Assembly: GCA_019058295.1 (NCBI GenBank)
Contig: JAHPZI010000030.1
Span: 128,001-192,000 of the forward strand
DNA: 64,000 nucleotides
Source of the DNA: Promethearchaeota archaeon
Lineage (GTDB): Archaea; Asgardarchaeota; Lokiarchaeia; Sigyniarchaeales; SOKP01
Direction of reading: 5' to 3'
The position numbers and the translations under genes were made by a program. This document shows, one piece after another, positions 59,500 to 64,000 of the stretch (the stretch's first letter is position 1; every line of letters begins with the position of its first letter). Below the pieces are notes generated by a model. The model saw nothing but the letters and a program-made list of their open reading frames with translations, was not told where the DNA came from and did not search any database.

Positions 59500-60402
59500 A
59501 TGGAAAATTCAACAATTAAACCGAAAAAAAGCTTCTTAGCTGGCAGTATTATAATAATGAGACCCGTAAATTGTCTTATGGGATCTCTTACTGTCATAAT
59601 AGGTCTTTTAAACACGCGCACAGGAATTCCATTTGACATTTTATTAATTAACATTATTTTAGGAATATTTACATATTTTTTTATTGCCGGTTCTGGAATG
59701 ATTATTAATGACGTTTACGATGTTGAAATTGACAAAATAAATAGACCTGAGAGACCAATCCCGAGTGGCTCAGTAAGCTTAACACAGGCCAAGGTATTAT
59801 TCTTTTTAACGCTTGGTATAGGCGTAATGATATCGATTATTCACAGTTTAATATTTTCGTTAGGCGTTGTTAACATAATATTGGCAATCTTCTTTGGTTT
59901 TATTGGATGGCTTTATTCCGCTTGGGGAAAGAAACAAGGATTTATTGGCAATATAATCGTTAGCATTTCATTTTCTATAGGGCTTATTTATGGAGCAGTC
60001 TTAAATAGTTTAGCTATTCCCATTTATATCTATTTCTTCTTTTTGACTTCATTTTTCTTATTACTCTCTCGTGAAATTATTAAGGGTTGTGAGGATATTG
60101 AAGGCGATAAAACTAAGGGTGTTAAAACTTTAGCAATTAAACTTGGAACTAAAAAAGCAATCATTTTTTCATTATTATTTGAAATTTTAGCAGTTATCTT
60201 TTTTATTTTGCCTCTGTTTACAAATATTATAAATCCAATTCTATTCATTATTTTCATGAGTTTTGGATTAATAGCTGTAATTTTTGCGATAGTTCTCTCA
60301 TTGCGCAAAAATTTAGAAAGAAAAGATTTTAAAAAAATAAGTTTAATACTAAAAGTAGGGGCGTTTCTTGGATTAATTGCCTTTATTTTTGCGAGTCTCT
60401 AA
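59500..60402 (+). CDS. Digeranylgeranylglyceryl phosphate synthase (UbiA family)
   Basis: RPVNC, NDVYDVEIDKINRP.RPIPSG, REIIK..EDIEGD. Confidence 0.93.
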   Translation: MENSTIKPKKSFLAGSIIIMRPVNCLMGSLTVIIGLLNTRTGIPFDILLINIILGIFTYFFIAGSGMIINDVYDVEIDKINRPERPIPSGSVSLTQAKVLFFLTLGIGVMISIIHSLIFSLGVVNIILAIFFGFIGWLYSAWGKKQGFIGNIIVSISFSIGLIYGAVLNSLAIPIYIYFFFLTSFFLLLSREIIKGCEDIEGDKTKGVKTLAIKLGTKKAIIFSLLFEILAVIFFILPLFTNIINPILFIIFMSFGLIAVIFAIVLSLRKNLERKDFKKISLILKVGAFLGLIAFIFASL

Positions 60403-60421
60403 TTTACTCCCTCATTGATAT

Positions 60422-61843
60422 TTATTTCTTTAATACTTCTAAAATTTCATTAAAATCTTTTTTTAAAATTAGCGATTTTAACCTATTCTTACTCTTCAAA
60501 TCTATTTTAACGATTGGGAAAGTCTCAATTAATCCTCTTACTTGAGTCAAACCTAAATACTTTCTAGTATATTCTGCATTAGAATATTTGTATGTTGTTA
60601 AAAATTCACTATCTAAGTTTTCTCTAAAATATTCTAATATAAAATTGAAATAGTCCTTTAATAGCATTTGATCTTCAATTGAAATTTGAGGCTCTAAAAA
60701 AATTTGTATAGGATGTGTACGATAAGTATTAGAGGACACATAAATCCCTTTTACATCAAAATCTTCTGCTATTATACCAAGCCCAACTCGACCTTCAATT
60801 GAACCTTTATCTACAGTTTGAACGTACAATATATTTGATTCGATTATTTCTTTTAACACATCATCTACTTGGAGATTTAGCCTTTTATATTGATTATTTC
60901 TATATTTATTTGCATCAATAACAGTAATTTGATTAGTTCCTTTATTTTTTGCCACTTCTTCTTTTAATAAATAATATTTTACTTTTAATGGATTACGTGT
61001 CCGATAATTCTCAAGGAACTCGTCAAATTCAGAACCGGCACGATATTTGAATTTTGGATTTAATATGTAATTTTTGGATATTAAATCTTCTTGATTTTTA
61101 ATTTTTACTCCGTTAAATTCTATTGGCTCAACTTTGGGATCTTTTTTTCTTTTAAAAAAGCCAATACAAATATTCGTTCCTGTGAATTCGAATATTTTTG
61201 TTTCAAATATAACCATTTTAAGAATTTTATAATATTTCAAAAAATCTAGTCGAAATTTATTAGAGACTGACGCTCCAAATAAAAAGTTAGAGGGAATAAT
61301 ATATATTAGGTTTTCAATGTTATTTCTTAAATCATTAATCATGGCAATTTGATATAAATCCTGATAACCATCATTCTCAGCTTTGAAGTATTTAAAATAT
61401 TTTTGAGTTTCTTTATGCTTCCTAATATATCCTAAATATAAATAAGGAGGATTTGTAACGTGGAAAATAGGAAATTCATTATTTTTCAGAAATTCGGGAA
61501 AGTTTTCCAAGTTATCACGCACCTTTATATTTTTTTTTGCTATTTCAATAGGGATCCCGTATGAATTAGCGTTTTTAACACACTTATGTACCATCTCAGC
61601 CTGAACATCAAATAGATAAATATGATTTTCAAAAAAATTTTCTCTCTCTTCTGCTGATATTTCATTTAAAATAGGTAAAAGTAAATTTCCCTCTCCAGCA
61701 TATAAATCAATCCAAATATACTCATTTAATTTATCTTTTATTTCTGGAAAAATATATTTTAAAAAAATATCAACCGAAGTAAGATGAACGCCTAAAGCTC
61801 GTCGGTCTTTTTTATCTATATTTAATTTGCTTTTTTTAACCAT
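60422..61843 (-). CDS. Orphan N6-adenine DNA methyltransferase
   Basis: LGVHLT, IDLYAGEGNL (motif I), TNPPY (motif IV), YIIPSNFL. Confidence 0.8.
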   Translation of the reverse strand: MVKKSKLNIDKKDRRALGVHLTSVDIFLKYIFPEIKDKLNEYIWIDLYAGEGNLLLPILNEISAEERENFFENHIYLFDVQAEMVHKCVKNANSYGIPIEIAKKNIKVRDNLENFPEFLKNNEFPIFHVTNPPYLYLGYIRKHKETQKYFKYFKAENDGYQDLYQIAMINDLRNNIENLIYIIPSNFLFGASVSNKFRLDFLKYYKILKMVIFETKIFEFTGTNICIGFFKRKKDPKVEPIEFNGVKIKNQEDLISKNYILNPKFKYRAGSEFDEFLENYRTRNPLKVKYYLLKEEVAKNKGTNQITVIDANKYRNNQYKRLNLQVDDVLKEIIESNILYVQTVDKGSIEGRVGLGIIAEDFDVKGIYVSSNTYRTHPIQIFLEPQISIEDQMLLKDYFNFILEYFRENLDSEFLTTYKYSNAEYTRKYLGLTQVRGLIETFPIVKIDLKSKNRLKSLILKKDFNEILEVLKK

Positions 61844-61984
61844 ATATATAAAAATAAATCTCTTTTTTATTTCAAGTATTCTACGAGAAAAAAAGCTAAT
61901 TTTATTACTTTTTTTTTACAGAATATGTGTTATATAATCTCAAATTTTTTTAACTTAAAACCAATTATATTCAATAGAATATAG

Positions 61985-62815
61985 ATGAATTTGTCAAAAA
62001 ATCTTGAAGCTAAACTTGAAAGGCTTATATCATCTCTAAAAAATAAAAAAGTAATAGTAGCCTTCTCAGGAGGTGTGGATAGTACACTTTTAGCTTTTCT
62101 TTCAAAAAAATATGCAAAAGATACTTTACTTGTTACTGAGCATTCTATTCTTTATCCTGAAGAAGAAATTGAGTTAACAAGTAAATTTGCCCTAAAGTAT
62201 GATATATCTCAAATTATTCTTGAACGAAATCCTTTAAATGATGAAGATTTTAAATTAAATCCAGTAAATCGTTGTTATATTTGTAAAAAAGGATTATATA
62301 ACGAGATACTCGAAATTAGAGATGATTTTGATTTTGATATAATTTTTGATGGTTCAAATTTTGATGATCTTCAAGATTTCAGGCCCGGATTACAAGCCTT
62401 AAAAGAATTAGATATTTTTACACCATATATCGAATTTAAAATTAATAAACAAGAAATAAGAGAAATTTGTAAATATTATAATTTAGATGTCCAATCTAAA
62501 CCTTCAATGGCATGTTTCTCTTCTCGAATCCCTTACAATCAAGTCATAAATGAGAAAAAATTAAATTTAATTAGAGAAGGTGAAAGATTTTTAAAGCAAA
62601 CCTTTAATTTAAAGCAATTGAGAGTACGAGTTCACGATGAAAGTCTAGCACGCATTGAATTCCTAAAATCTGATTTGCCAGAAATTTTAACCAAGGAAAA
62701 CCTACAAAAAATCAAAAATAAATTTAAAGATCTTGGCTTTAGTTATGTTACTATAGATATTGAAGGTTTTCGTTCTGGTTCTATGAATGAAGTATTATTT
62801 CTTCAGGAAGAATAA
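61985..62815 (+). CDS. larE: ATP-dependent sacrificial sulfur transferase LarE
   Basis: AFSGGVDS, NP.NRCY.CK, DG.N.DD..D.RPG, C.SSRIPY, RVRVH, GFRSGSMN. Confidence 0.92.
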   Translation: MNLSKNLEAKLERLISSLKNKKVIVAFSGGVDSTLLAFLSKKYAKDTLLVTEHSILYPEEEIELTSKFALKYDISQIILERNPLNDEDFKLNPVNRCYICKKGLYNEILEIRDDFDFDIIFDGSNFDDLQDFRPGLQALKELDIFTPYIEFKINKQEIREICKYYNLDVQSKPSMACFSSRIPYNQVINEKKLNLIREGERFLKQTFNLKQLRVRVHDESLARIEFLKSDLPEILTKENLQKIKNKFKDLGFSYVTIDIEGFRSGSMNEVLFLQEE

Positions 62816-64000
62816 AACTTTTTTTCTCTTATTTAATGCTTCAATTGCCGATTTTTCAATTTTTTCTTCCATTTCGTTGATTAATTCTGGAGTTTGTTCA
62901 CCAATTTCTTGTTTTATTTTTGTATAAGCAGATTCTCGAAATCGCGGTAATATGTCTCTTTTTTCTTCATTTTCAAAAATCATAGAAACTTGATTTGAAT
63001 CATCAACGTATCCGATCTCAGCACATTTGACATTATTTTTAGATAAATCTGATATTATTCTTTCTGACACGTTCTCTGAACAATAAATAAGTAATGCATC
63101 TAGTGATACTCCTAAATAATCAACACCAACTTTATCTAATAACTTTAAAACCGTTGGATTAACTAGTTTTCGAACTTCATTTTCATAAATCACGACACCA
63201 CATTTCGCCTCGTAATTAATTTCGTACAAATCTCCTCTAATACCTCCATTTGTTACATCACACATGGCATGAATTTCATCTATGTAATCTGATTTTAAAA
63301 TTATTTCGCACGCTTCGAGGAATTTAATGTTCAATGTCTCTTTTACTACATCATGATTGCCAGAATATATTGCTGTCGTGGTAATTGTCCCTCCTCCAGC
63401 ACCTTCAGTCATTAATATTTTATCTCCCACTTTTATATTCCTTCGTGCCAATAGATTATTACTAGCAAGACCTACAGCCGCAACACCTCCAACCAATCGA
63501 TTCCCAATTACCATATCTCCTCCAATCCTCAAGGTTGATCCTGCTGTTATTGGAACTTTCGCTAATTCGGAAATAGTGGAAATTCCCGCCATGAAATCGA
63601 ATAGCTTTCCAACATCTGCATCGTCTCCTAAATGCACATCAATCATAATCGAAATTGGTTTTGAACCTTTTACGTATAAATCCCTTAAAGCGGCTCGAGT
63701 AACGTGAAATCCACAAATAAACGGAAAATCACTCAACCGAGAATGAATCCCTTCCATTTTTGATACGATCATTAAATTATTTCTATCAAAAGGTTCTCCT
63801 CTAAATCCAGTTATGTCATTCAATCGAACTGCTCCCGCATCATCCAAAGAACTAGGAGATAAAAACGCTTTATTCTTAGTTTCTGATAGTTCTGAAATTA
63901 ATTTATGCACGAAAAAATCTCCCGCACCTCGACATCCTACTCCTTGCTTTCCTGAACTTACATTAGCCATAGGAACTTTTAACAAATCTTTTAAGAAAGG
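62795..64000 (-). CDS. AIR synthase-related (PurM-like) archaeal protein; 5' end lies beyond the window
   Basis: GVGCRG.GDF, DDAG, HSRLSDFPF, DVTNGG.RGD. The frame is open to the window end. Confidence 0.85.
   Translation of the reverse strand, partial: PFLKDLLKVPMANVSSGKQGVGCRGAGDFFVHKLISELSETKNKAFLSPSSLDDAGAVRLNDITGFRGEPFDRNNLMIVSKMEGIHSRLSDFPFICGFHVTRAALRDLYVKGSKPISIMIDVHLGDDADVGKLFDFMAGISTISELAKVPITAGSTLRIGGDMVIGNRLVGGVAAVGLASNNLLARRNIKVGDKILMTEGAGGGTITTTAIYSGNHDVVKETLNIKFLEACEIILKSDYIDEIHAMCDVTNGGIRGDLYEINYEAKCGVVIYENEVRKLVNPTVLKLLDKVGVDYLGVSLDALLIYCSENVSERIISDLSKNNVKCAEIGYVDDSNQVSMIFENEEKRDILPRFRESAYTKIKQEIGEQTPELINEMEEKIEKSAIEALNKRKKVLFFLKK

Noticed and set aside
619-63707. Many short ORFs overlapping longer genes (e.g. 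619-840, 2400-2768, 4910-5221, 39346-39711, 46927-47370, 63357-63707)
   Set aside because: Antisense or alternative-frame shadows of well-supported genes, with no motifs of their own
1-64000. Selenocysteine/pyrrolysine read-through or stop-codon recoding
   Set aside because: No recognisable gene appears split by an in-frame TGA or TAG; conserved proteins look full length

Overview
AT-rich archaeal chromosomal window. It is most consistent with an Asgard archaeon (Lokiarchaeia/Promethearchaeota); this is inferred from the GGGP/DGGGP ether-lipid cluster, an archaeal-type uS2, LRR and LITAF-like proteins, and low GC. About 17.5-64 kb is housekeeping and catabolic: adk, aroD/K/E, tmk, leuCD-like, rps2, ilvD, GH20/GH31/GH51, a sulfatase, a URO-D family protein, three membrane M28 peptidases, two orphan DNA adenine methyltransferases, lipid genes and larE. 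About 3.5-17.3 kb is accessory and has three parts. (i) A minus-strand defence-like block: a KTSC-DUF262 fusion plus a HEPN RNase, followed by a large wHTH/TPR protein plus a Regnase/Zc3h12a-like NYN RNase. (ii) An array of short, divergent membrane, PH-like and LRR genes separated by reused, highly conserved intergenic modules. (iii) A free-standing GIY-YIG endonuclease with tandem HTH repeats. Other observations: short gene 5'-end stubs recur (13.6, 22.8 and 37.6 kb); two genes have conserved N-termini upstream of any ATG/GTG/TTG (possible ATC/ATT starts); two small ORFs are missing from the ORF track. No rRNA, complete tRNA, CRISPR array, integrase or transposase was seen. All calls come from motif recognition by eye, with no database searches.
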